The position numbers were made by a program, and so were the translations under genes. This document shows, piece by piece, positions 8,413-16,824 of a stretch of 25,156 bases of DNA. Under the pieces are notes generated by a model. The model worked only from the letters and a program-made list of their open reading frames with translations. It ran no database searches and had not been told where the DNA came from. The stretch is from a bacterium (GTDB lineage Bacteria > Zhuqueibacterota > Zhuqueibacteria > Oceanimicrobiales > Oceanimicrobiaceae): positions 1 to 25,156 of the forward strand of contig JBHHXN010000067.1 of the NCBI GenBank assembly GCA_046757025.1. The letters run 5' to 3'. Positions within the stretch are counted from its first letter, which is position 1. The number at the start of each line of letters is the position of its first letter.

Positions 8413-8630
8413 TTGTCTGAACGAAAACTCGATTCTTCATGTCATTGTCCCGAATGCTTTCGGGACTTCTCAGCGAAGCAATCTCACTATTAGGCAGGGT
8501 ATGAGATTGCTTCGTCCCGCACACACCGCGGGACTTTCATGGACAGGCAACCTGTTCTGCTTTAGAAAAATGACGATAGGTCATCAAAAGCTCGCAATGA
8601 CAACTTTATTAATAGTTTTCGTTCAATCAC
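8413..8630. mobile_element. MITE-like element B with 17-bp TIRs, 6-bp TACTTA duplication and nested hairpin cargo
   Basis: TIRs TTGTCTGAACGAAAACT (8413-8429) and AGTTTTCGTTCAATCAC (8614-8630), 14/17 complementary; TACTTA at 8407-8412 and 8631-8636; inner TGTCATTG/CAATGACA and CGAAGCAATCTCA/TGAGATTGCTTCG. Confidence 0.78.
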
Positions 8631-8737
8631 TACTTAAAGTGGTCCCGCATTTGCGGCTATGGATTTATTGCAGATTTGAGAAGTGTAAAATTTGTCAATC
8701 GGGGATAGGTTGGAATGGAAAGCGCGTTTAAACAATT

Positions 8738-8767
8738 AGTGCGATGTAAATTGTTTTACATCGCACT
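8738..8767 (-). terminator. Stem-loop downstream of the cold-shock gene, probable terminator
   Basis: Perfect 13-bp stem AGTGCGATGTAAA/TTTACATCGCACT with 4-nt loop, 17 nt after the stop; U-tract is weak. Confidence 0.55.
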
Positions 8768-8784
8768 TTCATCATTTCATCTGG

Positions 8785-9000
8785 TTATTGCTCTATACTC
8801 ACTACATCCTGTGCCTGTGGACCCTTATCGCTATTTTTGACCGAAAACTCGACTCGTTGTCCCTCTTCCAGAGAACGATAGCCATCGCCCCGGATCGAAG
8901 AGTAGTGGACAAAGATGTCGTCGCCGCTGTCTTTTTCGATGAAACCGTAACCTTTAGATGAATTGAACCATTTTACAACGCCCGTTTCACGCTCTTCCAT
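8785..9000 (-). CDS. Cold-shock protein (CspA family), 71 aa
   Basis: [21 protein letters not shown] (RNP1), DIFVHYS (RNP2), KGPQA; start corrected to ATG at 9000, preceded by SD GAGGAG. Confidence 0.96.
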   Translation of the reverse strand: MEERETGVVKWFNSSKGYGFIEKDSGDDIFVHYSSIRGDGYRSLEEGQRVEFSVKNSDKGPQAQDVVSIEQ

Positions 9001-9119
9001 ATTAATAAAAACTCCTCTAAAAAAAATTAAAAACAAACGACACAGAAAGTTCCCCGCGAGACAAATTTACAGAAAATGACCTGCATAAGAACGGACTGTT
9101 CGTAACGATTAATCATTCT

Positions 9120-9148
9120 ATTTTATGTAAATAATTTAAAAAAAGCAA
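9120..9148 (-). promoter_or_regulatory. Putative sigma70 promoter of the csp gene
   Basis: Minus strand TTGCTT-N17-TAAAAT; implies a 5'UTR of about 110 nt. Confidence 0.65.
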
Positions 9149-9185
9149 GGAAAAATAAACTAAATGTTTATTTTAAGGATAATTA

Positions 9186-9332
9186 GTGTCCATCCGTAAA
9201 GAGCGTTTTTTTGTCATTCCCGTAATTTTTAAGCGGGAATCCATTGCTCCGTTAAGCACGGGATTCCCAATGAACTTGTCCTTGTATATTGTAAGCAGGG
9301 AGCACTCGGGAATGACGGTTACGGATGGACGC
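9186..9332. mobile_element. MITE-like element D with 14-bp TIRs, TAATTA/GAATTA flanks and GTCATTCCCG hairpin cargo
   Basis: TIRs GTGTCCATCCGTAA (9186-9199) and TTACGGATGGACGC (9319-9332), 13/14 complementary; inner GTCATTCCCG/CGGGAATGAC (9213-9222, 9307-9316) and GGGAATCC/GGATTCCC. Confidence 0.75.
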
Positions 9333-9502
9333 GAATTAGTCAGTTTTGTCTTGATGGCCGAAGCAGAGGGGGCATGGGGATAGGGTATAATTTACAGGGT
9401 ATAAATGTAGAAAGAGTGGATCAATTAATCAAATATTAGGGGGGTTCGGGATCGAGAATTGATTTTACAGAATTGGATTTGCGGGATTTGTGGCTGCGAA
9501 AT

Positions 9503-10843
9503 TTAAGAATACCGCACTCCCTGATGCCGGGGTAAATAAAAGTTCGGCAACAGCCGATCCACCCGCAGCAGTCCTTCAAGTGTGAGAATGAGTCGGTCGC
9601 CTTTTTGCTGCATGAAACCCTGTCGGCTAAAATTTCGAATGGTTTGCCGAAAGCGTTCAAAAACATCCACCTGAAATTTTTCCTGAAAATAACGTCCCTG
9701 CACAGAGCCCAGTTTGAGCTGCAGCACGAATTCGCGCACCATTCGTTCATTTTCACTGAGAGGGTAGGCGCGTTCCACAGGCAGTTGCTGTTCCTGGAGA
9801 ATCTGCAGGTAAGCGTCCACCGGCGGCCGGTTCTGAAAATGCAGTCCTTGCAGGTAGGAGAAAGCCGATGCGCCGATTCCCAGCAAATCGGCGCCGTGGT
9901 ACTGCTCGTCCTGGTAGATGAATCGCCGGGCGCGGGCACTACGAGCGGCGGTGTAAGCGCTGCGGATCTGATATTGGGCCTGCTGCAATTTTAAAAAGCC
10001 GCGGGAGAGGCGGCCCCTTTTTTCATCCCATGAGGGCGGGTAATCCCTGAGTTTGCCGGAGCTCAGTTCGCGGTACAGCGGCGTATTGAACGGTATTTCG
10101 AGCTGATAAATGGTGACGCTGTCGGGCGCCATACGGATGATTTGTTCCAGACTGGTCAGGAAAGTGTCGTCGTTTTCGCCCAGCAGCCCCACCATGAGAT
10201 CCAAGTTGACCACCTGAAAGTTGGCTTTCTGAATGAGCTCGTACGCGCGCTCCACATCGCTGATGAGATGCACGCGGCCGTTTAATCGCAAAATCTCATC
10301 GTTGAATTGCTGCACTCCCAGACTCAGGCGGGTGACGCCGGCTTTTTTGAGCTGCTGCAGCTTTTCCGCGGTGACCGTGCGCGGCGCGCATTCAAAGGTG
10401 ACTTCCTTTACCTGCTGCCAGGGGAAACGCGCTTGAATTCCGCTGGTGAGTTTCGCAATTTGTTCGGGTGTGAGGATGGAGGGAGTGCCGCCGCCAAAAT
10501 AAACAAACTCGAGCTGGCGACCCGCCAAAATTGAGGATTGCTGGTAGCGGCTCAGTTCTTGCAGTATAGCGTCGATGTAGTCGTCCACCTGTTCGGTAGT
10601 TCGTTTTACCAAGGAAAGATAATAGCAGTACATGCAGCGAATTTCACAGAATGGAATGTGCACGTACAGTCCGAGCGGAGTTTCAGCCGAAGCCATTGGC
10701 GGGGTTTGCAGCATTTTGTGTAGCTCGGAAACCTGCTCTCGTTGCCAGCTCGAAAACGGCGGATAAGCCGATACAAAATAGTTGCCGGCGAGGGTTTCCG
10801 GCAGACTGGAATTTGTGGCGCTTTTGGGCTTGTCAGCAGACAT
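9503..10843 (-). CDS. HemN/coproporphyrinogen III oxidase-like radical SAM protein
   Basis: LYVHIPFCEIRCMYC (CxxxCxxC), YFGGGTPS, RLSLGVQ, NLDLMVGL, GIGASAFS, and a HemN_C-like tail. Confidence 0.88.
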   Translation of the reverse strand: MSADKPKSATNSSLPETLAGNYFVSAYPPFSSWQREQVSELHKMLQTPPMASAETPLGLYVHIPFCEIRCMYCYYLSLVKRTTEQVDDYIDAILQELSRYQQSSILAGRQLEFVYFGGGTPSILTPEQIAKLTSGIQARFPWQQVKEVTFECAPRTVTAEKLQQLKKAGVTRLSLGVQQFNDEILRLNGRVHLISDVERAYELIQKANFQVVNLDLMVGLLGENDDTFLTSLEQIIRMAPDSVTIYQLEIPFNTPLYRELSSGKLRDYPPSWDEKRGRLSRGFLKLQQAQYQIRSAYTAARSARARRFIYQDEQYHGADLLGIGASAFSYLQGLHFQNRPPVDAYLQILQEQQLPVERAYPLSENERMVREFVLQLKLGSVQGRYFQEKFQVDVFERFRQTIRNFSRQGFMQQKGDRLILTLEGLLRVDRLLPNFYLPRHQGVRYS

Positions 10844-11071
10844 TTTAAACTATCTGGTTTTTATTTTGTGTTCGAAAACTCCACACAGATCTGATTGACT
10901 ATTTACAGGTCTTCAATATTGATTCTGATAGCCGTTCACGCTTTAGGCTTACCATCCGGGAACATCTATAGTATTACCACTGAACTTTTGCATTTTTGTG
11001 CAAAAAATCCCTAAGGCCTTATGAAGAATTCAAAATGCAAAGTGAAAAATACCAATTTCAAAGTTGATAGC

Positions 11072-11443
11072 TTATCTAATCTCCTCCAGCAGCGCCGGCC
11101 GCACCAGCATTTTTTGGGCCTGGCGGATATTCACGGTACCGGTTCTGGCGCGTCGGGGTTTACTCACCTGTTGCAGCAGACAATACGAAACCGGCACTTT
11201 ACCGCCGTGGCGCATTTTCGAGAACCAGGCCGCCAGCGAAGCGGCTTGCTTCAAACTGTCGCGATCGGGAGTGATTTTGTCTTCCCCGCAGCGTAAAATC
11301 ACGTGGCTACCCGGCGCCCCGCTCACGTGCAACCAGATATCGTTGGCATGCCCGAGGTCGAAAGACAAGGCGTCGTTGCTGGCATCGTCCATCCCCACCC
11401 AAATTTCCAGGCCGGCGGAGCTGCGAAATTTCTTGATTTTCAT
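11072..11443 (-). CDS. Standalone NFACT-R (DUF814) RNA-binding domain protein
   Basis: IWVG.D...ND.L, DIWLHV...PGSHVILR, AASLAAWFSK, V.VSY.....VSKPR.A..G.V. Confidence 0.88.
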   Translation of the reverse strand: MKIKKFRSSAGLEIWVGMDDASNDALSFDLGHANDIWLHVSGAPGSHVILRCGEDKITPDRDSLKQAASLAAWFSKMRHGGKVPVSYCLLQQVSKPRRARTGTVNIRQAQKMLVRPALLEEIR

Positions 11444-11471
11444 CCTTTCGAGAGCAACTCTTGCGTTAATT

Positions 11472-12548
11472 TCATGATTCGATTAAAAACCAGTCCGTCA
11501 GCTTGTTTGCCAGGGGTACCACATCCGGTTCGGCGCGGTTGGTGAGTATGATCACGGTGAACCGTTCCGTCGGGTAACGTTGAATGACGTTTCGAAAACC
11601 GCAGGTGCTGCCGGTGTGGTGCACTCTGGCATGTCCGCGGTAGGTGTCGATGCGCCATCCAAAGCCGTACTCCAATGTGTCCCCGTTCGCCAGCACGCCG
11701 GGGGTGAAAGCCGCATGCAGGGATGCGCGCTGCAACAGCCGTTCGCTGTAGAGCGTTTGATCCCATTTAAACATATCTTCCACAGAAGTGTAAATGCCGC
11801 CGTCTCCCAGCACCGCGCTAGTGAGACTTTGATCTTTGAAAATGAAACGGCCGTCTTCCTCTGCGTAGCCGTACGACCGATACGCCACTTCGGATTTGCC
11901 TTTTTCGTATGCCACTGTATTTTTCATGTTCAACGGTTGAAAAATATTTTTTTGTAAAAAATCCGCGAAGGTTTGGCCGGAGATTTTTTCGACGATCATG
12001 GCCAGCACGGCGTAACCTGAGTTGCTGTAGCGATAGGCCGTGCCCGGAGTAAAATAGGTGGAATCTTGCTGCATCATCATTTGCAGAATGTCTTTGTCGC
12101 GCACCTGTACCGTGGCCGAGTCGGGAATTAAGGATTCGTATGCCAGCATCCCCGAGGTGTGCTGCAACAGATGCCGCACGGTGATTTGGCGTCCGTATTC
12201 AGGAAAGTCAGGAAATATTTCGATTAAGTTTTGTTCCAGCGATAGTAGAGCGCGCTCCTTCAGCAACAAAATGCACGCTGCTGTGAACTGTTTGGTAACC
12301 GAGGCCAGTCGCAAGTTGGAGTGCGTCTGCATGGCCACTTTTTCGTTGAGATGAGCCAAACCGTACGCTTTCTTAAAAATGGCTTGGCCGTTTTTAATCA
12401 CCATCACCACAGCGCCCGGCGTCTGGCCGCCGCGATAAGGTTTGAACAGTTCATCGACTTTTGATTCCAGGTCCATTTCACAGCTCGAAATGATGAGTAA
12501 GCTAATTGTTAGCATTCCACTGAAAATTTGCAAGCATTTGGTTTTCAT
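11472..12548 (-). CDS. Beta-lactamase-family serine hydrolase, probable lipoprotein
   Basis: Lipobox ISSC; SVTK (SxxK), LLQHTSG, YSN (YxN), HTG. Confidence 0.9.
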   Translation of the reverse strand: MKTKCLQIFSGMLTISLLIISSCEMDLESKVDELFKPYRGGQTPGAVVMVIKNGQAIFKKAYGLAHLNEKVAMQTHSNLRLASVTKQFTAACILLLKERALLSLEQNLIEIFPDFPEYGRQITVRHLLQHTSGMLAYESLIPDSATVQVRDKDILQMMMQQDSTYFTPGTAYRYSNSGYAVLAMIVEKISGQTFADFLQKNIFQPLNMKNTVAYEKGKSEVAYRSYGYAEEDGRFIFKDQSLTSAVLGDGGIYTSVEDMFKWDQTLYSERLLQRASLHAAFTPGVLANGDTLEYGFGWRIDTYRGHARVHHTGSTCGFRNVIQRYPTERFTVIILTNRAEPDVVPLANKLTDWFLIES

Positions 12549-12582
12549 GAAATTGCCACCATTTTGACCACAGTGTACGGAA

Positions 12583-12990
12583 TCACGTTTGCGTTTTCTC
12601 CCACTGTGTAAATTGTTTGATGTCGTTTTGAATGGATTTGATGATAAATCCGATCACCGTGGCATCGTCCAAATAACCGGAGCCGGGGATGAAGTCCGGA
12701 ATGATGTCGAACGGGTTGACAAAATAAACCACTCCCGCGATGGCGAAGACGATGGTTTGCCAGGGAATATCCGGGTACTGGCCGCGTCGCCAGGCCTTCA
12801 GAAGCCGAAACAGCGCCTGCAGGTCTTCCCAGATGCTCTTCAGCAGGGTTTGGTTGCGCTGAGCTTTTTTGATGGCCTCGTTTAGAAGATGACCGGTTTT
12901 TTCTTTGTCCTGTGCAAAATTCTCAGCCGTTTTTTGAGCGTGTTCGAACCCCTCTGGTTTTCTATTGTCCGTAGTGACCTCCCACAGCAT
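12583..12990 (-). CDS. YkvA / DUF1232 family protein
   Basis: Y.DIPW, YFVNPFDIIPDFIPGSGYLDDA motif. Confidence 0.9.
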   Translation of the reverse strand: MLWEVTTDNRKPEGFEHAQKTAENFAQDKEKTGHLLNEAIKKAQRNQTLLKSIWEDLQALFRLLKAWRRGQYPDIPWQTIVFAIAGVVYFVNPFDIIPDFIPGSGYLDDATVIGFIIKSIQNDIKQFTQWEKTQT

Positions 12991-13139
12991 GGCTGTGTGT
13001 AAATGAAATAAATGAGTTTAAAATGCCCATTCTTGAAAGTTACCGAAGCCGCCATGAAAATTACCACCTCGATTGGCGATAAGCGAATTTAAATACCTCG
13101 ATCTTGTAGCGCTCATTTCCGATTTTTCGTTCTCAAAAA

Positions 13140-13733
13140 CTACGCTTTACTCGGATGCTTGCCGCCGATTAAAGCGTAGAACGATTGAATAGTGGCCAGA
13201 TCGCTGTCGATGTCGCCGCTGGGGTAGATGGTGGGGCCGAAGCCCACGACTTTGCGTGCGTAGTCGATGAAACCGGTGAGAATTGGTACGTTGGCCTCTT
13301 TGGCAATGTAATAAAAGCCGGTTTTCCATTTTTGCACTTTTTTGCGCGTGCCTTCCGGCGCCACACCGAGAACGAAATGTGGTCGCTGGCTAAATTCGGC
13401 CACCGTATCTTCCACTACGCCGTGGCTTTGGGAGCGATCTACCGGAATGCCCCCTAGCCATTTCATGAAACCGCCAAACGGCTTGCGAAACAGCGTGTGT
13501 TTTCCCAGCCAGTGCGCTCGCATTCCCAGGCCCAGCAAAGCGGCGATGCCATAGACGAAATCCCAGTTGGAGGTGTGTGGCGCCACGACGATCAGAAACT
13601 TCGGGAGATCGGGCAGCTCGCCTTCAAACCGCCAGCCGCTGAGAGTGAGAAATCCTCGCCCCAGCGCCCGCGATAATTTGTTGCCCCATTCTGGCACCGC
13701 CTTTCCCAGGACCGGCATATTCAACGCTTTCAT
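13140..13733 (-). CDS. PlsC-like lysophospholipid acyltransferase
   Basis: PHTSNWD (HX4D), GGIPVDRS, APEGTR, WKTGFYYIA. Confidence 0.9.
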   Translation of the reverse strand: MKALNMPVLGKAVPEWGNKLSRALGRGFLTLSGWRFEGELPDLPKFLIVVAPHTSNWDFVYGIAALLGLGMRAHWLGKHTLFRKPFGGFMKWLGGIPVDRSQSHGVVEDTVAEFSQRPHFVLGVAPEGTRKKVQKWKTGFYYIAKEANVPILTGFIDYARKVVGFGPTIYPSGDIDSDLATIQSFYALIGGKHPSKA

Positions 13734-13776
13734 GTTTGATTTCTTCCTTGTTGTTTTGAGTATTTTATTTTTGCGG

Positions 13777-14175
13777 TCAAGATTTTTTCTGAAATTTCAG
13801 CGCCACGGAATTGATGCAAAATCGATTTTGAGTTGGCGCGGGTCCGTCATCGAAAACGTGGCCGAGGTGCGCGTCGCAGCGGCTGCACAACACTTCGGTG
13901 CGCTGCATGGAATGGCTTTTATCGGATTCAAAACGCACGTTTTGTGCATCCACAGCCGCAGTGAAGCTCGGCCAGCCGGAGCCGGAATCGAATTTGTCTC
14001 TCGAGCTGAACAGTTCACTGCCGCAGCAAACGCACACGTAAATCCCTTCTTCTTTACATTGGTAGTACGCACCGGTGAAAGGTTTTTCCGTGCCTTTTTT
14101 ACGTGTGACCTGAAATTGTTCGGGCGTTAGCTGCTGCTGCCACTCTTCAAGCGGCTTTTTTATTTTGGATTGCAT
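13777..14175 (-). CDS. msrB: Peptide-methionine (R)-S-oxide reductase
   Basis: GTE.PFTG, two Zn CxxC pairs (CVCC, CSRC), [21 protein letters not shown], catalytic RFCINS. Confidence 0.96.
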   Translation of the reverse strand: MQSKIKKPLEEWQQQLTPEQFQVTRKKGTEKPFTGAYYQCKEEGIYVCVCCGSELFSSRDKFDSGSGWPSFTAAVDAQNVRFESDKSHSMQRTEVLCSRCDAHLGHVFDDGPAPTQNRFCINSVALKFQKKS

Positions 14176-14206
14176 TTATTTTAACTCTGGCTTTGAATTC
14201 ATTTCG

Positions 14207-14734
14207 TTAGTCTATAAGTCTTTCTAAATTTGCCGACACAAATCCCATTTCTTCGTCCGCGATTCGTTCGCTGAAATCTACATAAATGAAATTTGGAAAT
14301 CCAAAGCGGGGATGGAATTGCACGTTGAAAACCGCCACACTGTCCGCATCGATGGACTCCAGGAATTCGAATAGTTGCGGCACGGTTTTGAATAGATGGA
14401 AATCGTTCGAATCGAGGGCTTCGCCGGTGGCTTTGTTGGTGATTTGGACGATTTGCTCATTTTGTATGTAAATTTTGAACGGAATACCGCCGTGCACACA
14501 AAAGCAGTTTCGCAGCTGCTCGAAAACATAGCTGCGCAAACCGTAGGCGCGCCACCTTTCCGCCGGATCTTTGATGGAAGAAAAATCCTCAGCAATGGGA
14601 GAGGTACTGAAATTCGAATTTGAATCGTTGCCGCAGGTTGCCAACATCGTGAACATAGCACTGCATAACAGTGTGAATACGATTTTTTGTTTATAAAACA
14701 TCAGTTGAAAATACCTCGCGATTTTCATATACAA
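14207..14734 (-). CDS. DUF6174-like lipoprotein
   Basis: Lipobox LATC; W......Y......CFC, TV..LF, F...FGFP..I.VD....IADEE pattern; exact start uncertain among three Met. Confidence 0.7.
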   Translation of the reverse strand: MYMKIARYFQLMFYKQKIVFTLLCSAMFTMLATCGNDSNSNFSTSPIAEDFSSIKDPAERWRAYGLRSYVFEQLRNCFCVHGGIPFKIYIQNEQIVQITNKATGEALDSNDFHLFKTVPQLFEFLESIDADSVAVFNVQFHPRFGFPNFIYVDFSERIADEEMGFVSANLERLID

Positions 14735-14759
14735 CGGTTGAGTAATCAGAGTTCATGAA

Positions 14760-15230
14760 TTACAACATCACCACTTTTTCGTGTTTGAGCAGCCATTCCT
14801 TGCGCCAGATTCCGCCACCAAACCCGATGAGCGAGCCATCGCTGCCGATGACCCGGTGGCACGGAATGATGATGGGAATTTTGTTGCGCCCATTGGCCGC
14901 GCCCACCGCTCGGATGGCCTTTCTCTTGCCGATAGCCACTGCAATGTCCAGGTAAGTCGCGGTTTGGCCATAGGGAATTTTCAACAATTGCTGCCACACG
15001 CTTTGCTGGAACGGTGTGCCGGATGGATTTAATTTTAAGTCAAAATGTTTTCGTTTGCCTTGAAAATATTCGCTCAATTGCTGCACACACTCCTGTAAAC
15101 AGGCAGGTGTGCCGTTTTGCTGTGCAGATTTTTCATCGGTAAACTCTAGACTGTGCAGACCCTCTGTGCTGCCTGTGAGTTTCAGTATGCCAATTCCCGA
15201 CTGGTATAAAACGGTTTGAAATTCACTCAT
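14760..15230 (-). CDS. ogt: Methylated-DNA--protein-cysteine methyltransferase, 156 aa
   Basis: GTPFQQSVW, IPYGQT.TY, RAVGAANGRN, active site PCHRV; start corrected to MSEFQ at 15230, ATGA overlap with the alkA stop. Confidence 0.93.
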   Translation of the reverse strand: MSEFQTVLYQSGIGILKLTGSTEGLHSLEFTDEKSAQQNGTPACLQECVQQLSEYFQGKRKHFDLKLNPSGTPFQQSVWQQLLKIPYGQTATYLDIAVAIGKRKAIRAVGAANGRNKIPIIIPCHRVIGSDGSLIGFGGGIWRKEWLLKHEKVVML

Positions 15231-16180
15231 AACAACGATCGGTAAAGGTAAAAAGTGGCATAAGCCTGCCAGTTGTGCCAGCCCGCAGCTAATTTTTGGA
15301 TCTCCAGGATGCTCGGTTTTCTGGTTAACCTCAACTGTTGTTTGATGGCGTTGTGCAGTCCGATATCTTGGATGGGAAACGCGCAACGGTAACCCGCACA
15401 GCGCATCATGACATAATTTGCCGTCCAGGGACCCACCCCGCGCAAGGCCAGCAGCGCGGCTTTGGCTTGCTCATAGTCTCCCAGCGCTGCCAGGGATTCT
15501 CTGCTGATTTCTCGGCTGGCAAAGTGTTTGGCCAACTCGATCAAATAGATCGCTTTGGCTGCGCTGAATTGCAGTTGTTGTAATTCCACCACGGTTAATC
15601 CCGCGATCCGTGCTGGAGTAGGAAAGAGCCAGTACGGTTGCCCGTCGAAAGCGTACGCTGCGCCATACAATCGAATAAAGCGCTGAAAGAGCGTGTAGGC
15701 AAAGGCTAAATTAATTTGCTGACCGGTGATGGCCCAGCACAATGCCTGAAACAGGTCGTCGATTTTTATAATACGCAGCCCAAAATATCTTCGTACCAGC
15801 TCCCTCAGCAGCGCATCCTGTTCCGCTAAACGGTAGAAAGGACGTAAATCGGCGTCCAGATCGAACCAGTGCCGTACATACGCTTTTACACGCTGGATAG
15901 TGGACTTACTCGCTACCTCGTTTAGGATCTGGATGCGAATGCCGCCTGCTGACGAACTGGTGAGCGCCATGAGAACCAGCCGCCCGTTTACGCTGATAAG
16001 CTTGCGAAGGGTGTCGCCTTCGATGAAGTGCAGTATTTCCTTTGGAGACCTGCCGAGATAGACCAGGCATTGGTTGAAATCGAATTCAGCCGGCGTCGGT
16101 AAGTAATGAATTTCAGGTTGATCGGCCTTGTCAAGGCTCGGGATGGCCGGACTGATTTTTTTTTGCTGATTCAGAGACAT
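15227..16180 (-). CDS. alkA: DNA-3-methyladenine glycosylase II (AlkA family)
   Basis: AlkA N-domain, AITGQQIN, FPTP, HhH motif LRGVGPWTA, catalytic Asp in FPIQDIGL; likely ATG at 16180. Confidence 0.88.
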   Translation of the reverse strand: MSLNQQKKISPAIPSLDKADQPEIHYLPTPAEFDFNQCLVYLGRSPKEILHFIEGDTLRKLISVNGRLVLMALTSSSAGGIRIQILNEVASKSTIQRVKAYVRHWFDLDADLRPFYRLAEQDALLRELVRRYFGLRIIKIDDLFQALCWAITGQQINLAFAYTLFQRFIRLYGAAYAFDGQPYWLFPTPARIAGLTVVELQQLQFSAAKAIYLIELAKHFASREISRESLAALGDYEQAKAALLALRGVGPWTANYVMMRCAGYRCAFPIQDIGLHNAIKQQLRLTRKPSILEIQKLAAGWHNWQAYATFYLYRSLL

Positions 16181-16552
16181 TTTATATTTTCCGGAACATA
16201 AACTACTGTGCAATGTTAATTAGCAGAGGATCATTTGCTCTATTTCAATCGTTCAGTTCCAATTCGCTGAATGAGGTGAATGCAACGTCGCAACGATATT
16301 CATTGTTTAATAATTAAAGATTAATCGGGACTTCTCGCAAAGGCCTTTCGGGTCCTTTTGGGAACGTTGAACAAGTCTTTTATCTTCACCCCCGCGTGGA
16401 GTCGAGTGGTCTCAATAGTGCCATGAAAACAACCTGATTCGATCCAGATCGGTATGATGATATTCGCTCGTTTTTAACTTTTTTTACGACCCTCCAAAAT
16501 GAAGGTATGATTTCGAACCAAGTCAAGAAATCCAAAGACATGCATAAATTTG

Positions 16553-16610
16553 GAGATTATTCGTCGCGGAGTTTATCCCGAGCCCTGTCGAGGGACTCCT
16601 CAGAATGACA
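16553..16610. repeat. Right half of a GTCATT...AATGAC-type palindromic element with embedded GAGCyyTGTCGA unit
   Basis: GAGATTATTCGTCGC...CTCCTCAGAATGACA resembles the right arm of element B; 16576-16596 matches the reverse complement of the unit at 18983-19004. Confidence 0.6.
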
Positions 16611-16679
16611 TAAAAAGCCATTTTGGGGACCCTGCCTAAGGCCTGCTGCAAATTTTGTTAAAATCGGCATATATTTAAC

Positions 16680-16708
16680 AATTTATTAAATTTATTTTTT
16701 GAAGTCAA
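16680..16708 (-). promoter_or_regulatory. Putative sigma70 promoter facing alkA
   Basis: Minus strand TTGACT-N17-TAAATT. Confidence 0.4.
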
Positions 16709-16824
16709 TCGATTCTTTTCAGCACCGCCGGCCCCCACCCATTAAGAAATGAAAACCATAGGAAATTTTGTTGTAAATTTTGTTTCAGATATTATATTAT
16801 AGAAATTCAAAAAGTAAAGGAAAA

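Noticed and set aside
8402..8731. 109-aa plus-strand ORF (also 9186-9383, 65 aa)
   Set aside because: These run through MITE-like palindromic elements, have weak TTG/GTG starts and show no protein motifs
9001..9036. 12-aa N-terminal extension of the cold-shock protein
   Set aside because: This stretch contains the SD (GAGGAG) for the ATG at 9000
11021..11477. Plus-strand ORFs of 91 and 137 aa
   Set aside because: Antisense to the NFACT-R gene; the first starts in a low-complexity heptamer-like tract
11472..12548. Bona fide AmpC beta-lactamase resistance gene
   Set aside because: It has HTG rather than KTG and generic serine-hydrolase features; activity cannot be inferred
15231..15386. N-terminal extension of Ogt in the ORF track, as an Ada-like domain
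   Set aside because: It overlaps alkA coding sequence; the ATGA coupling at 15227-15230 gives a normal 156-aa Ogt
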